From positions 11,169 through 75,168 of the forward strand of contig JBHJGN010000014.1 in the NCBI GenBank assembly GCA_050331735.1: 64,000 nucleotides of DNA, read 5' to 3'. Position 1 is the stretch's first letter. Every line of letters starts with the position of its first letter. The notes beneath the pieces were generated by a model that was not told the DNA's origin, made no database searches, and saw only the letters and a program-made list of their open reading frames with translations. The stretch is from Cyanophyceae cyanobacterium (GTDB lineage: Bacteria; Cyanobacteriota; Cyanobacteriia; Cyanobacteriales; JBHJGN01). A program made the translations under genes and the position numbers. Shown in pieces: positions 51,985 through 63,266 of this stretch.

Positions 51985-52038
51985 ATCAATTTTTTTTGAT
52001 ACAATTAAACAGTTCAGATATCTCAAGTTTTGTTGAAA
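51985..52038 (+). promoter_or_regulatory. Two ArsR-type operator boxes overlapping an extended -10
   Basis: ATCAATTTTTTTTGATA (51985-52001) and CTCAAGTTTTGTTGAAA (52022-52038) vs the Synechocystis ArsR site ATCAAGTTTTTTTGATG as recalled; TGaTACAAT at 51997-52005. Confidence 0.7.
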
Positions 52039-52154
52039 TTATAGGAAGGTTTAAATGTCTCGATGATTTAATTTGAGCAGATACTTGCTGGACTGGTATA
52101 TCGCACTGGTTCCAGGGAGAGATCTAAACTTTTTAAGCAATTGGGAGCAAAGTT

Positions 52155-53162
52155 ATGAGAAAACTGATCGAAGCGACTATTGCTGGCTGTAGTTTAGCGG
52201 TCATGGCCGTTGGCTGTGCGTCACCGACAGCTCAGCAGGAACAACAGCGGCAGCCAATTACGATCGATGGTTCTAGTACAGTTTTTCCGATTACGGAAGC
52301 GATCGCTGATGCCTACGGGCAAACTCAGCCCGAGCCGGTCGAGATTAACGTCAGCTTTTCGGGAACCGGAGGCGGCTTTGAAAAATTCTGCGCCGGGGAA
52401 ACTGATATTAATAATGCCTCTCGCCCGATTCTTGAGGCTGAGTTGGCCGCCTGTGATGAAGCGGGAGTGCGCTTTATCGAGCTGCCGATTGCGTTTGATG
52501 CCCTGACGGTAGTGGTCAACCAGCAAAATACTTGGGCTGAGGATATTACCACCGAAGAACTCAGATCTCTTTGGGAATCAAGCGCTCAAGGAGAAATTAC
52601 TCGCTGGAACCAGGTGCGTTCTAGCTGGCCAGATCAACCGATTACTCTTTTCGGTCCAGGACAGGATTCGGGAACCTACGACTATTTTACAGAAGTGGTT
52701 ATTGAAGGAGAGAGCCGCAGTGATTTTGTGGCTAGCGAAGATGACGACGTTTTAGCAACAGGCGTTAGTCAAGACCCTAACGCTCTGGGGTACTTTGGCT
52801 TTGCCTATTACGAGGAAAATCAAGATCTCAAGGCACTCGCAGTTGATAGCGGAAGTGGAGCCGTTATTCCCTCTATAGAAACGGTTGTCGATGCTGAATA
52901 TCAGCCGCTTTCCCGTCCTCTGTTTATCTACGTCAACTACACCTCCGCCCAGAATAACCCAGCCGTCCCAGATTTCGTGCAGTTTTACCTAGAAACCGCC
53001 GCTGAACAGGTTGGTAGCGTTGGCTACGTTCCGCTCACCGAAGAGGGCTATCATATCGCCCGGGTTAATTTTCAGGAGGGAGAGACGGGAACCGCCTTTG
53101 ATGGTGGACCACAGCCCGATCTCACCATTGCCGAATTGCTGCGAAAGACCAAGCGTTTCTAG
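52155..53162 (+). CDS. pstS: PstS-family phosphate-binding lipoprotein
   Basis: Lipobox AVGC, IDGSSTV, SGTGGGF, ASR, DSGTYDYF, YQPLSRPLFIY. Confidence 0.9.
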   Translation: MRKLIEATIAGCSLAVMAVGCASPTAQQEQQRQPITIDGSSTVFPITEAIADAYGQTQPEPVEINVSFSGTGGGFEKFCAGETDINNASRPILEAELAACDEAGVRFIELPIAFDALTVVVNQQNTWAEDITTEELRSLWESSAQGEITRWNQVRSSWPDQPITLFGPGQDSGTYDYFTEVVIEGESRSDFVASEDDDVLATGVSQDPNALGYFGFAYYEENQDLKALAVDSGSGAVIPSIETVVDAEYQPLSRPLFIYVNYTSAQNNPAVPDFVQFYLETAAEQVGSVGYVPLTEEGYHIARVNFQEGETGTAFDGGPQPDLTIAELLRKTKRF

Positions 53163-53307
53163 CAGAGTTTAACAGCTCTGGGCCGTTAGCTGTTAGTTCT
53201 TAGCGAGTTTAGCAGGAGACCTAACGGCTAACAGCTAGTCTGCTTTCATTTTCGGTTTAATTCTACCCACTTACTTAACAATCTCTTAGCTAATTTTAAA
53301 GGACTCA

Positions 53308-54462
53308 ATGAGTACCAAACAAGCCAACGTCAATCCACAAGCTGTTCAAGCCGGAGGATATCTCAATTTTTTTGAGCGCTATCTGACAATTTGGGTAGCG
53401 CTGTGTATTGTGGCAGGCATCTTTCTGGGCCGGTTATTTCCCGGTATTGCCGTAACGCTAGAGGCGATGAGCATTTACCAAGTATCGCTCCCGATTGCCA
53501 TTTGCCTATTCTTCATGATGTACCCCATCATGGTCAAAATTGATTTTGGGCAGGCTAAGCGGGCAGCGCAGACCCCGAAGCCCGTGGTGCTCACTTTGGT
53601 GGTGAACTGGCTGATTAAGCCCTTTACGATGGTGGTATTTGCTCAGTTCTTTTTGGGCTGGCTGTTTCGTCCGCTGCTGTTAGGAACCGAGGTAATTCGA
53701 GGAGCAGAGTTAGCTCTAGCCGACTCCTACATTGCCGGCGCAATTTTGCTGGGCATTGCTCCCTGTACGGCTATGGTGCTGATGTGGGGCTATCTGTCGT
53801 TTAGCAACCAGGGCCATACCTTAGTAATGGTGGCGATCAACTCGCTCGCCATGCTATTTCTGTATGCTCCTCTGGGACGCTGGCTGCTGGCGGCCAATAA
53901 TTTGACAGTTCCGTGGGAAACAATTGTGCTGTCGGTGCTGATCTATGTCGGATTGCCGCTGCTAGCCGGGGCGATATCGCGCACCTGGATTTTGCGACAC
54001 AAAGGGAAAGCCTGGTTTAATAACGTTTTTTTAAAATACCTCAGTCCCGTCTCCGTAGCGGCGCTGCTGATTACGCTAGTGTTGCTGTTTGCCTTCAAGG
54101 GAGACTTAATTGTGCGCAACCCGTTCCACATTCTGCTCATTGCGGTGCCGCTCTTTATTCAAACTAACTTTATTTTCTTAATTACTTACTTGGCAGCCAA
54201 AAAGCTGGGAATGTTCTATGAAGATGCCGCACCAGCGGCGCTGATTGGAGCGAGCAATCACTTTGAAGTTGCTATTGCCACTGCCGTTACTCTGTTTGGA
54301 CTCAATTCCGGGGCGGCTTTAGCAACGGTGGTGGGAGTCCTCATCGAAGTCCCAGTGATGCTGATGCTGGTGAAAGTTTGCAAGCGCACTGCTTTCTGGT
54401 TTCCTCGCGAACCGGAAAAAGCCACCCTGAGCGATCCCCGCTGTGCTCGCCCATTGGGGTAA
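53308..54462 (+). CDS. acr3: ACR3-family arsenite efflux transporter
   Basis: [41 protein letters not shown]. Confidence 0.95.
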   Translation: MSTKQANVNPQAVQAGGYLNFFERYLTIWVALCIVAGIFLGRLFPGIAVTLEAMSIYQVSLPIAICLFFMMYPIMVKIDFGQAKRAAQTPKPVVLTLVVNWLIKPFTMVVFAQFFLGWLFRPLLLGTEVIRGAELALADSYIAGAILLGIAPCTAMVLMWGYLSFSNQGHTLVMVAINSLAMLFLYAPLGRWLLAANNLTVPWETIVLSVLIYVGLPLLAGAISRTWILRHKGKAWFNNVFLKYLSPVSVAALLITLVLLFAFKGDLIVRNPFHILLIAVPLFIQTNFIFLITYLAAKKLGMFYEDAAPAALIGASNHFEVAIATAVTLFGLNSGAALATVVGVLIEVPVMLMLVKVCKRTAFWFPREPEKATLSDPRCARPLG

Positions 54463-54498
54463 ATTGCACAGTGATTAATGCCAATCGGGTTTAAAGAT

Positions 54499-54546
54499 GG
54501 GGAAAGGACAGTCCGGTGCGGGACGGGAAAAGGGGAAAGGGGAAAG
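54499..54546 (+). repeat. Short G/A-rich hairpin module
   Basis: GGGGAAAGGACA-GTCCGGTGCGGGAC-GGGAAAAGGGGAAAGGGG; the reverse-complement hairpin occurs at ~58643. Confidence 0.55.
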
Positions 54547-54648
54547 AATTTCTCACTACTTTTGAGCAGTAGAGCAACCGAAAAAATGAGCACACTTTTT
54601 ACCTAACACCCGATTCCCGACTTCACTATTTTTTTTCACACCAGGTAA

Positions 54649-54795
54649 TACCAATTAGAAAAAGTAATAGGAGACTTGATGAGTTGGGGGAAGGGGAAGG
54701 GGTAAAGGGGAAAGGGAAGCACAGCAGCTCTTTGCCCTTGAACCTCCAATTATTGGTTAGTTTGGGAACTATCTGACTACTTTCGGTAAATGGTA
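54649..54795 (+). mobile_element. MITE copy 2 (147 bp)
   Basis: Same TACC..GGTA ends; TAA at 54646-54648 and 54796-54798. Confidence 0.88.
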
Positions 54796-54820
54796 TAACT
54801 TATCGAGGAAAACGATATCT

Positions 54821-55228
54821 ATGAAGCGCGTCATGTTTGTGTGCAAGAAAAACTCGGCCCGTTCCCAAATGGCGGAAGGGTTTGCCAAAACTCTAGGTGC
54901 TGGCAAGATTGCCGTCACCAGTTCTGGATTAGAAGCGAGCCGAGTGCGTCCTGAAGCGATCGCTGCTATGCAAGAGGTCGGAATTGATATTAGTCACCAA
55001 ACCTCCAATGCTTTGAGCGAATTCAACCCAAAAAACTTTGATGCGGTGATTTCTCTGTGTGGCTGTGGCGTTAGTCTACCGCCAGAATGGGTAACGCGGG
55101 AATACTTTGATGACTGGCAGCTCGACGACCCCGCAGAGCAACCGGAGATTTTTCCCCGCGTTCGAGATGAGGTCAAGGAACGAGTAGAGGCACTGATTGC
55201 TAAGCTCAATGCTGGCGCAACTGCCTAG
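54821..55228 (+). CDS. arsC: Arsenate reductase (cyanobacterial LMWP-fold, glutaredoxin-type)
   Basis: FVCKKNSARSQMAE P-loop, SLCGCG, WQLDDP. Confidence 0.93.
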   Translation: MKRVMFVCKKNSARSQMAEGFAKTLGAGKIAVTSSGLEASRVRPEAIAAMQEVGIDISHQTSNALSEFNPKNFDAVISLCGCGVSLPPEWVTREYFDDWQLDDPAEQPEIFPRVRDEVKERVEALIAKLNAGATA

Positions 55229-55243
55229 TCGAGGAGCATTGAT

Positions 55244-55807
55244 TTATGCAAAAACACTGCTGACTAGGTAACTCCACTCCGGGAGTAAGGGGCTACTAAT
55301 GCAGTCTTCTATAAATAGAGTTGCTGCTAATTTTAAAGTAGCCTTCTCCCGACGATAAATCTCGAGCTGCTGTTTGAGACGATCGACAATCCAGTATTCG
55401 TGAACCCCTTGTACGGAGTAAAGCTTGAGCTTTAATTTTTTATCTCTCTGCTCTTGCTTTTCCCCAGGCGACAAGTCTTCTACGATCAGCTCTGGCGCGC
55501 CCGTTAAATATCCGGCTTCATCTAGGATGGTTTCCAAACGCTGGTTTGTTACCCACACCACATCCGGAATCACGTTATCCGCATCGGTAAAGACAATTCC
55601 CGGAGCAGTGACAGCTTGTCCTAATCCCGTTTGCTGCGACCACAATTTGAGAGCCAGGCAGATATTGTCTGCAATCCTCTGATGTTTCCAGTGGGGCGCT
55701 CTGGTCACAAATAGTTCTCCGTCAATCGTTTCATAACGGGTATCGGTGTCGGGAAATAAGTCTAAGTCTGCCGTTGTCCACCGCATTTTCTCAATCTGAG
55801 GAGACAT
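55244..55807 (-). CDS. Uma2 family endonuclease-fold protein
   Basis: RYE.IDGEL, PHWKHQ, IPDVVW, GAPELIVE.LSP, KLKLYS..GVHEYWIVD. Confidence 0.9.
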   Translation of the reverse strand: MSPQIEKMRWTTADLDLFPDTDTRYETIDGELFVTRAPHWKHQRIADNICLALKLWSQQTGLGQAVTAPGIVFTDADNVIPDVVWVTNQRLETILDEAGYLTGAPELIVEDLSPGEKQEQRDKKLKLKLYSVQGVHEYWIVDRLKQQLEIYRREKATLKLAATLFIEDCISSPLLPEWSYLVSSVFA

Positions 55808-55925
55808 AGGGAGTTACACCAATTCTGAGTGAAGTGACAGATGCGTAGTCAGGGAAAGGGGGAAAGGTTTTAGCCTACTCTACTTGTGAAGCATTGCTAT
55901 TGAGGAGAATGGAAGCCGAAGCAGG

Positions 55926-55953
55926 AGGAAGAAGCAGGAACCTACTTCTTCCT
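55926..55953 (-). terminator. Stem-loop immediately after the hemA stop
   Basis: AGGAAGAAG..CTTCTTCCT inverted repeat; weak U tract. Confidence 0.45.
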
Positions 55954-55964
55954 GCGCTCTATTT

Positions 55965-57245
55965 CTAGCTATACTGACCTTCGCTATCGAGATTAAACAG
56001 CATCTGTAGCGATTGCAGACAGCGCTTGCGGGCTTCGATGTCTTGCTGTGCCCGAAGCTGTACCATCGGTTCGTGCAGAATTTTGTTGACGATGCCTCTA
56101 GTCAGCGCTTCGATGACTTCCTGGTGCTTTTCGGCGAATTCTGTGCCGAGACGAGAGAGGGCTTTTTCTAGCTCCTGTTCGCGGATGGTTTCTACTTTTG
56201 TTCTTAAGCAGCTAATGGTGGGAACCGCATCCAAGGAGCGCAACCACAGCTCGTAGTTGGTAATTTCCTCTTCGAGCAGCGCTTCGGCTTCTTGGGCCAT
56301 CTGACGGCGAGCCGCGTGGTTTTGAGCGACAACGGCTTTAAGGTCGTCTACGTTGTAGGCTTCTACCATCGCCATCGCTTCTACATCGGCGTGGACGTTG
56401 CGGGGCACTGAAATATCAAAGATCTTCAGCGGAGTGCGGGCCACACGCTCTAGCTTGGCTCGATCTAGAATCGGTTCGGTGGCGGCGGTACTGGTAAAGA
56501 CGATATCAGCAGCGGCGATCGCCTCTAACAGTTCCGTGAGGGCATGAATCTGGAGCTGGGCCTGCGGGAACTGATTGACTAATTCAATCGCCCGTCGCGG
56601 AGAACGATTAACGATGGAAATCGAGGTGGCTTTTTTAGCTAAAAGATGCTGCACCAGCAGGCGAGACATTTTCCCTGCCCCGACAATGGTAATGCGGCAG
56701 GATGCTAAATCTGGAATTTTTGTCTGTGCGAGTTCAACGGCGGCGGAGCTGATTGATACGGCTCCGGTACCGATGCTGGTTTCGCTGCGGACGCGCTTTC
56801 CTGCCGAAATAGCCTGTTTGAACAGGCGGTCTAGCAAGCGACCGATGCCTTGATATTTCTGAGCTAGTTTGTGAGCCGTTTTCACCTGAGCTAAAATTTG
56901 TCCTTCTCCAAGCACCAAGCTTTCTAGCCCCGCCGCCACTCTCATCAAATGCCGCAGAGCATCTTGATGCAGCAGAACAAACAGATAGCGCCGCAGTTGC
57001 TGATGCGGAATCTGGCCGATTTCCGAGAGAAACTGAGTAATTTCTCTGATGCCCTGCTCGGTTTCCCGGATCACTGCATAAATTTCTAAGCGGTTGCAGG
57101 TGCTAATAATGGCAATTTCTTCAACGTGAGGGTAGCTGCGGAGATGATTAATAGCCTCTTCAATTTTGGCTTCTTGAATACTTAGCTTTTCTCGAATTTC
57201 TACTGGCGCTGTCTTGTAGCTAAGACCGACAACTGCAATATTCAT
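55965..57245 (-). CDS. hemA: Glutamyl-tRNA reductase
   Basis: [45 protein letters not shown]. Confidence 0.98.
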   Translation of the reverse strand: MNIAVVGLSYKTAPVEIREKLSIQEAKIEEAINHLRSYPHVEEIAIISTCNRLEIYAVIRETEQGIREITQFLSEIGQIPHQQLRRYLFVLLHQDALRHLMRVAAGLESLVLGEGQILAQVKTAHKLAQKYQGIGRLLDRLFKQAISAGKRVRSETSIGTGAVSISSAAVELAQTKIPDLASCRITIVGAGKMSRLLVQHLLAKKATSISIVNRSPRRAIELVNQFPQAQLQIHALTELLEAIAAADIVFTSTAATEPILDRAKLERVARTPLKIFDISVPRNVHADVEAMAMVEAYNVDDLKAVVAQNHAARRQMAQEAEALLEEEITNYELWLRSLDAVPTISCLRTKVETIREQELEKALSRLGTEFAEKHQEVIEALTRGIVNKILHEPMVQLRAQQDIEARKRCLQSLQMLFNLDSEGQYS

Positions 57246-57409
57246 GTGTTCTCCAAAGCTTTTATGGTCTGGCGTTTAACAAAAAATTATCGAGCGAAAT
57301 GGGATGAATAACCGCAGTCACCCCTAAACCCGGTGACTGCAAATAGATGTTTATTAATTAGGAGCGAGAGGCGGCAAGAGCCTTGCCGCTGCTCCAAAGG
57401 CGATCACTC

Positions 57410-58447
57410 TTACTTTAATTGTAAAGTTTTTGGCTGCTCAAACATATGAACCGTATCGACAAATCGCGCTGTCATTGACTGGCTAGAGATGACTAGGCTT
57501 TGGGTTCTCGCTCCGCCGTGAAAGAAACGCACTCCTTCCATTAACGTTCCCGGGGTAATGCCGCAGGCTGCAAACAGCACCGTTTCGCCGCTAGCTAGCT
57601 CTTCAGCATTGTAGGCTTTATCGGGATTATCAATGCCCATTTCCTTGAGTCGAGCTAGGTTGCTTTCTTTGCTCTCGCCGATCAATCCTGTCTTGACCAC
57701 TTCTGGATCGTAGATGAGCTGTCCCTGAAAATGTCCTCCAAGGCAGCGCATGGCGGCGGCGGAAATGACTCCTTCTGGGGCTGCGCCAATGCCCATCAGG
57801 GCGTGAATGTTCGTTCCGGCAAAGGCACAGGAAATCGCGGCGGATACGTCGCCATCGCTAATCAGTCTTACTCTGGCCCCGGCTTCGCGAATTTCCTGAA
57901 TCAAGTCTTTGTGGCGGGAGCGATCCATCACCACCACCACGAGTTCTTCAATGGAGCGATTCATGCACTCAGAGATAATCTTGAGGTTCTCTGTCGCGGA
58001 TTTGTTGATATCGACATGACCTCTGGCTACGGGGGGAGCCGCCAGCTTCTTCATATAAAAATCTGGAGCCGCAAACAAACCGCCTTTTTCGGAAATCGCC
58101 AGCACCGCCATAGAACCATTCTGCCCGTAAGCCACTAAGTTCGTGCCTTCACAGGGATCGACGGCGATATCAATTTCCATCAGCTCGTCAGGGTTGCAAT
58201 AGCTTTTGGCATCCTCGCGAGTACAGATGCCCACCTCTTCGCCAATGTAGAGCATCGGAGCATCATCGCGCTCTCCTTCTCCAATCACAATGCGTCCCCG
58301 CATATAAATTTTGTTCATGCGCTCCCGCATCGCTTCAACGGCCACTTGGTCTGCCGTATTCTTGTCGCCTTTTCCCATCCACTTGGCTGAAGCGATCGCC
58401 GCTTGTTCTACGACCTCAATAATTTCTAATCCCAGCGTGCCTTCCAC
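57410..58447 (-). CDS. glpX: Class II fructose-1,6-/sedoheptulose-1,7-bisphosphatase
   Basis: [43 protein letters not shown]. Confidence 0.97.
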   Translation of the reverse strand: MEGTLGLEIIEVVEQAAIASAKWMGKGDKNTADQVAVEAMRERMNKIYMRGRIVIGEGERDDAPMLYIGEEVGICTREDAKSYCNPDELMEIDIAVDPCEGTNLVAYGQNGSMAVLAISEKGGLFAAPDFYMKKLAAPPVARGHVDINKSATENLKIISECMNRSIEELVVVVMDRSRHKDLIQEIREAGARVRLISDGDVSAAISCAFAGTNIHALMGIGAAPEGVISAAAMRCLGGHFQGQLIYDPEVVKTGLIGESKESNLARLKEMGIDNPDKAYNAEELASGETVLFAACGITPGTLMEGVRFFHGGARTQSLVISSQSMTARFVDTVHMFEQPKTLQLK

Positions 58448-58598
58448 GTTTTTCCTCCCTAAAGCTGATTCCCCAGCGGGTTCTTACTACATGATTAAAA
58501 CGAACACCAACCCCGTCGTCACTCCGGCGGCGGACTGTTCATCTCAAAAGTCTATCAGACCAAGGGTTCCCTTTGAAGGCACTGTCACTTTAATTAAT

Positions 58599-58657
58599 GT
58601 CGCTGCGCGACAGTCGCGCTAGCGACGGGAAAAGGGGAAACTGTCCCGCACCGGACT
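58599..58657 (+). repeat. Short G/A-rich hairpin module cluster
   Basis: GTCGCTGCGCGAC, GTCGCGCTAGCGAC-GGGAAAAGGGGAAACT-GTCCCGCACCGGAC. Confidence 0.55.
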
Positions 58658-58663
58658 TCTAGT

Positions 58664-61600
58664 CTAAGTACTGAAGTATTTAGCCATCGGATGATAAGCG
58701 ATAATGGCGGTGGTGGATTGTTCGGGATAGAGCTGTTCGCTTTCGTCCATGTACATGCCGATGCGATCGCACTTCAATAGCTCTAGCTGCCGATACTGAT
58801 CTTGAATGTTGGGGCAAGCCGGGTAGCCAAAGCTGTAGCGGCTGCCCTGGTAGCGCTGCTGAAGCACGTCCCGAATGTTGTCCGGTTCTCGGTTGCCGAA
58901 GCCTAATTCGCGGCGGATGCGGGCATGAGTCCATTCTGCGAGGGCTTCTGCTGTTTGTACCGCCATGCCGTGGTAGTACAGGTAGTCGGTATACTGATCC
59001 GAGTCGAATAGTTGTTTAGCAAACTCAGTGGCGACTTCTCCTACCGTCACTGCCTGCATCGGGAACACATCGGCGATTCCTGATTCCCTCGGGGCAAAAA
59101 AGTCGGCAATACATAACCGCTTGCCGGATCGCTGCCGAGGAAACTCGAAAATGGCGATTGGCTTGATGCCTGCGGGGAGTGTTTCGGCTTTTTGCATCGC
59201 GACGGGGTCGTAGATGTGCAGGGAATTTCCCTCCGATTGGCACGGGAAATAGCCGTAGATGACAGTGGGGTGGAGTAAGTTCTCTTCAATGACGCGCTGC
59301 TTCCAGGTAGTCAGAATGGGATCGACTTCGGTTGTCAAAAACTGATCGTATTCTTCTTTCGACTGTCCTTTCGGTTTGCGGAACTGCCACTGTCCTGCCA
59401 CAAGCGCCTGTAAATCTAAATACCAGAACGCTTCTGCCGAGGAAATATCTTCTGGGTTTAACACTCTCGTTCCCCAAAAAGGCGGCGTGGGACGGTGAAT
59501 ATCTAAAGCGACGGCCTCAGAACGACGAGTATCCACAGGCTGTGGCTCAACTGGAACGTCTTCCGGTTCTTTGAGCGGCGTTTTGCCGTTTTGATGACCA
59601 TTGGTGGTCGCGGAAATTTCCTCCGCTTCATTTAAAAAGCCTTGCCGATCGTTCCACTCTCCGGCAGATTTAGCAGGCATCAGCTTATCCATAAAGTGCA
59701 GATCCGAGAAGGCATCTTTGCCGTAGACGACCTGACCTTGATAAACATTCTGGCAGTCTTCGTGGACAAACTTCGGCGTTAACGCGGCACCGCCGAGAAT
59801 CACCGGAACCGTAATGCCCTCCTCGTTGAAGGTTTCTAGGTTATCCTTCATAAACGCTGTCGATTTAACCAGTAGGCCACTCATAGCAATGCAGTCCGCG
59901 TTATGCTCTTTGTAGGCATCGATGATGTTTTCGACGGGCTGTTTGATGCCGAGGTTGACGACTTTGTAGCCGTTGTTAGAGAGAATAATATCAACCAGGT
60001 TTTTGCCAATGTCGTGAACGTCTCCTTTGACGGTGGCAATCACAAAGGTGCCTTTGGCGCTGCTGCTGTCTTCCTTTTCCATGTAGGGTTCGAGATGGGC
60101 AACGGCGGCTTTCATCGTCTGCGCCGACTGCAACACGAACGGAAGCTGCATCTGCCCAGAACCAAACAAATCGCCCACCACTTTCATGCCGTCGAGGAGA
60201 AAGACGTTAATAATTTCCAGCGGCGGATACTGCTTGAGGGCCTCATCGAGGGCGTCTTCTAAGCCAATTCTTTCGCCGTCGATAATATGTTGCTTTAAGC
60301 GTTCGTTGATGGGAAGATTGGCATCGGCAGTGCGATCGCGCTTGGTGGTTTTCCCTTCAAATAGGGTGGTTAGTTTGGTTAACGGATCGTAGGTGCAGAT
60401 GTCTCCGTCGAACTGGCGGCGATCATCGATCAAATCGCGACAGATTTCCTGATGTTCTGGCTCAATTTTGGCCAAGGGAAGAATCTTGCTGGCGCTAACG
60501 ATGGCAGAATCCATCCCCACCGCCATTGCCTCGTTAAGAAACACCGAGTTCAACACCTGTCGCGCCGCTGGATTGAGGCCAAAGGAGACGTTAGACACTC
60601 CTAAAACAATATGGCACCCCGGTAATTCTTCGCGGATGCGGCGCACTGCCTCCACGGTGGCCTTACCGTTCTCCCGATCTTCCTCGATTCCGGTAGAGAC
60701 AGGCAACGCCAGCGGATCGAAAAAGATTTCGCGGGCAGAAATGCCGTAGGCGATCGCGGCATCGTAGGCGCGCTTGGCAATCTCAAACTTTTTCTCTGCC
60801 GTTCGCGCCATGCCGTCTTCATCGATGGTGCCCACAACCACGCCAGCGCCGTACCGCTTCGCCAGGTCTAAAACCTGATAGAACCGTTCTTCTCCATCTT
60901 CGTAGTTGGTGGAGTTGAGAATGCACTTTCCGCCCGCAACTTTTAATCCTGCCTCCATCTTGGTCCATTCGGTGGAGTCTAGCATCAGCGGCAGCGTGAC
61001 ATTATTCACTAGCCGGGATACGAGTTCGTGCATATCCCGTTCGCCATTCCGTCCCACGTAATCTACGTTGACATCGAGGATGTGTGCCCCTTCTTTCACC
61101 TGGGATTTGGCTAACGAAACGAGTCCATCCCAATCTTCATCATTTAATAACGTCCGACACTTCTTCGACCCACTAGCGTTGAGTCGTTCGCCAATGATCA
61201 AAAATGAATTATCCTGCTCGTAGGGCTGCGGGCTATAGATTGATGCAGCCGCAGGCTCGTAGTGAGGATGGCGTTCTTTGGGGGTGAGAGTTTGGGCAAT
61301 TTCCGCCAACTGCTGAATGTGAGCAGGTCGCGTCCCGCAGCAGCCGCCAACAATTTGTACTCCCAAATCTTCTACGAAGTGCATCAGCGCCATGCGCAAC
61401 TCCATCGGCGTTAGCTTGTAGTGCGCTTGTCCGCCAACGTTCTCGGGCAAGCCTGCATTAGGAATACAGGAGAGGATAAAGGGCGAATGTTCGGAGAGAT
61501 ACTTGATATGTTCCTTCATCTTGTCGGGACCGGTGGCGCAGTTCAGCCCCAAAATGTCGATGTTGTAGGGTTCTAAAATAGCCAGCGCTGCCCCGATTTC

Positions 61601-62251
61601 GGTGCCTACCAGCATCGTGCCCATCACCTCCATCGTCACCGAAACCATAATGGGAAGGCGCTGCCTGTCGGCCAACACTTCTTCGATGGCGTTGAGGGCG
61701 GCTTTAATTTGCAGCACGTCCTGGCAGGTTTCGACAATGAACAGATCCACGCCACCGTCGTAGAGTCCGGTGGCTTGTTCGACGTACGCCTCTTTGAGAG
61801 TATCGAAGTCAATATGTCCCAGGGTGGGCAGCTTCGTTCCTGGACCCATCGATCCGGCGACAAAGCGGGGTTTGTCGGGAGTAGAAAATTCATCGGCTAC
61901 CCGCCGCGCCAGTTCTGCGGCTGATTTATTGAGAGCGTACGCCCTGTCTGCTAGGTCGTATTCTGCCAGGACAATGGACGTGCCGCCAAAGGTATCGGTT
62001 TCAATTACGTCTGTTCCCACTTCTAGAAAGCTGCGATGAACCTTTTCGATGGCTTCTGGTTTGGTCTGCACCAAGTACTCGTTACAGCCTTCGTACTGCG
62101 GTCCTCCAAAGTCTGCTGCGGTTAATTCCTGGGACTGAATGGAGGTTCCCATCGCGCCATCAAAAGTGAGGACGCGGGGAGTCCCGTTATGTCCTTTTAA
62201 GATATCCATAATCGAGGGGCGTTGTGAAAGACGTTTGCGAGGACTGTTCAT
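58664..62251 (-). CDS. metH: Cobalamin-dependent methionine synthase
   Basis: [46 protein letters not shown]. Confidence 0.98.
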   Translation of the reverse strand: MNSPRKRLSQRPSIMDILKGHNGTPRVLTFDGAMGTSIQSQELTAADFGGPQYEGCNEYLVQTKPEAIEKVHRSFLEVGTDVIETDTFGGTSIVLAEYDLADRAYALNKSAAELARRVADEFSTPDKPRFVAGSMGPGTKLPTLGHIDFDTLKEAYVEQATGLYDGGVDLFIVETCQDVLQIKAALNAIEEVLADRQRLPIMVSVTMEVMGTMLVGTEIGAALAILEPYNIDILGLNCATGPDKMKEHIKYLSEHSPFILSCIPNAGLPENVGGQAHYKLTPMELRMALMHFVEDLGVQIVGGCCGTRPAHIQQLAEIAQTLTPKERHPHYEPAAASIYSPQPYEQDNSFLIIGERLNASGSKKCRTLLNDEDWDGLVSLAKSQVKEGAHILDVNVDYVGRNGERDMHELVSRLVNNVTLPLMLDSTEWTKMEAGLKVAGGKCILNSTNYEDGEERFYQVLDLAKRYGAGVVVGTIDEDGMARTAEKKFEIAKRAYDAAIAYGISAREIFFDPLALPVSTGIEEDRENGKATVEAVRRIREELPGCHIVLGVSNVSFGLNPAARQVLNSVFLNEAMAVGMDSAIVSASKILPLAKIEPEHQEICRDLIDDRRQFDGDICTYDPLTKLTTLFEGKTTKRDRTADANLPINERLKQHIIDGERIGLEDALDEALKQYPPLEIINVFLLDGMKVVGDLFGSGQMQLPFVLQSAQTMKAAVAHLEPYMEKEDSSSAKGTFVIATVKGDVHDIGKNLVDIILSNNGYKVVNLGIKQPVENIIDAYKEHNADCIAMSGLLVKSTAFMKDNLETFNEEGITVPVILGGAALTPKFVHEDCQNVYQGQVVYGKDAFSDLHFMDKLMPAKSAGEWNDRQGFLNEAEEISATTNGHQNGKTPLKEPEDVPVEPQPVDTRRSEAVALDIHRPTPPFWGTRVLNPEDISSAEAFWYLDLQALVAGQWQFRKPKGQSKEEYDQFLTTEVDPILTTWKQRVIEENLLHPTVIYGYFPCQSEGNSLHIYDPVAMQKAETLPAGIKPIAIFEFPRQRSGKRLCIADFFAPRESGIADVFPMQAVTVGEVATEFAKQLFDSDQYTDYLYYHGMAVQTAEALAEWTHARIRRELGFGNREPDNIRDVLQQRYQGSRYSFGYPACPNIQDQYRQLELLKCDRIGMYMDESEQLYPEQSTTAIIAYHPMAKYFST

Positions 62252-62415
62252 TGAGATAATGGCCGGTAGAGAGTGTGGGCTAGCAATGACGGAAAGAATA
62301 AGTTTTATGACTTTTCTACATTATTATGCAAAACCTTGTGTGAAGGAAGAATACAGGCTTAAAGACCAGCACAAATTTATAATGACGGTAGTAGAAAGCT
62401 GATGGAGGATGGTTT

Positions 62416-63039
62416 GTGGTTTCACTTCAAGACTTATCCGAACGGTTACAGGCGAGTGATCCAGAACAGCGGCAGCTTATTAGTGGCGTGAGCTGGGAAC
62501 GCTATGAAGCCTTTCTTGAGGAGTTAGGAGATAGCGCGAAGTACCGAGTGACTTATTTAGATGGAGTGCTAGAGCTGGTGTCGCCAAGCCGTCGTCATGA
62601 AAGCAACAAATCCAACATTGGTTCCTTATTAGAGGATTACTTTAAGGAAAAGCGCATTCGCTATTTTCCCCTCGGTTCCACAACCTTCCGCAAAGAACAA
62701 AGAAGAGGCGGTAGCGAACCAGATGAATCCTACTGCATCGAGACAGATAAAGAATTCCCCGATCTCGCGATTGAGGTGATTGAAACCAGCGGCAGTATCG
62801 ATAAGCTGGAAGTTTACAAACGACTGGGAGTGCAGGAGGTTTGGTTCTTCAAAAACAATCAGTTTGAGCTGTATCACCTGCGCGGCGAAAGCTACGAACA
62901 GATTGAGCACAGTGAGGTGCTGCCCGACCTAGATTTAGCAATGCTTGCTCAGTATGCAGTCAGTGACGATCCCCTTGAAGCTGCTCTTGAATTTCGGGAG
63001 AAAGTGAGACAGCAAGATTATACCAATCAGAAAAAGTAA
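62416..63039 (+). CDS. Uma2 family endonuclease-fold protein
   Basis: GVSWERYE, RVTYLDGVLELVSP, EPDESY, PDLAIEV, KLEVYKRLGVQEVW; last codons come from MITE copy 3. Confidence 0.92.
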   Translation: MVSLQDLSERLQASDPEQRQLISGVSWERYEAFLEELGDSAKYRVTYLDGVLELVSPSRRHESNKSNIGSLLEDYFKEKRIRYFPLGSTTFRKEQRRGGSEPDESYCIETDKEFPDLAIEVIETSGSIDKLEVYKRLGVQEVWFFKNNQFELYHLRGESYEQIEHSEVLPDLDLAMLAQYAVSDDPLEAALEFREKVRQQDYTNQKK

Positions 63040-63168
63040 TAGGAGACTTGATGAGTTGGGGGAAAGGGGAAGGGGTAAAGGGGAAAGGTAAGCACAGCAG
63101 CTCTTTCCCCTTGAACCTCCAATTGTTGGTTAGTTTGGGAACTATCTGACTACTTTCGGTAAATGGTA
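63021..63168 (+). mobile_element. MITE copy 3 (148 bp)
   Basis: TACCAATCAGAAAAAGTA...TACTTTCGGTAAATGGTA; TTA at 63018-63020 and 63169-63171. Confidence 0.88.
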
Positions 63169-63266
63169 TTAGTTGATAGTTAATGGTTGATTGTCTACTA
63201 TTCAAATAGATCTTTGTCGCGGTAGGCTGACTGAGCTTCACTGTTGTGATTTGGAAAGATCGCTCT

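Noticed and set aside
62252..62415. Cobalamin or SAM riboswitch upstream of metH
   Set aside because: Short AT-rich spacer with no recognisable B12-box or SAM-I core; an Rfam scan would settle it
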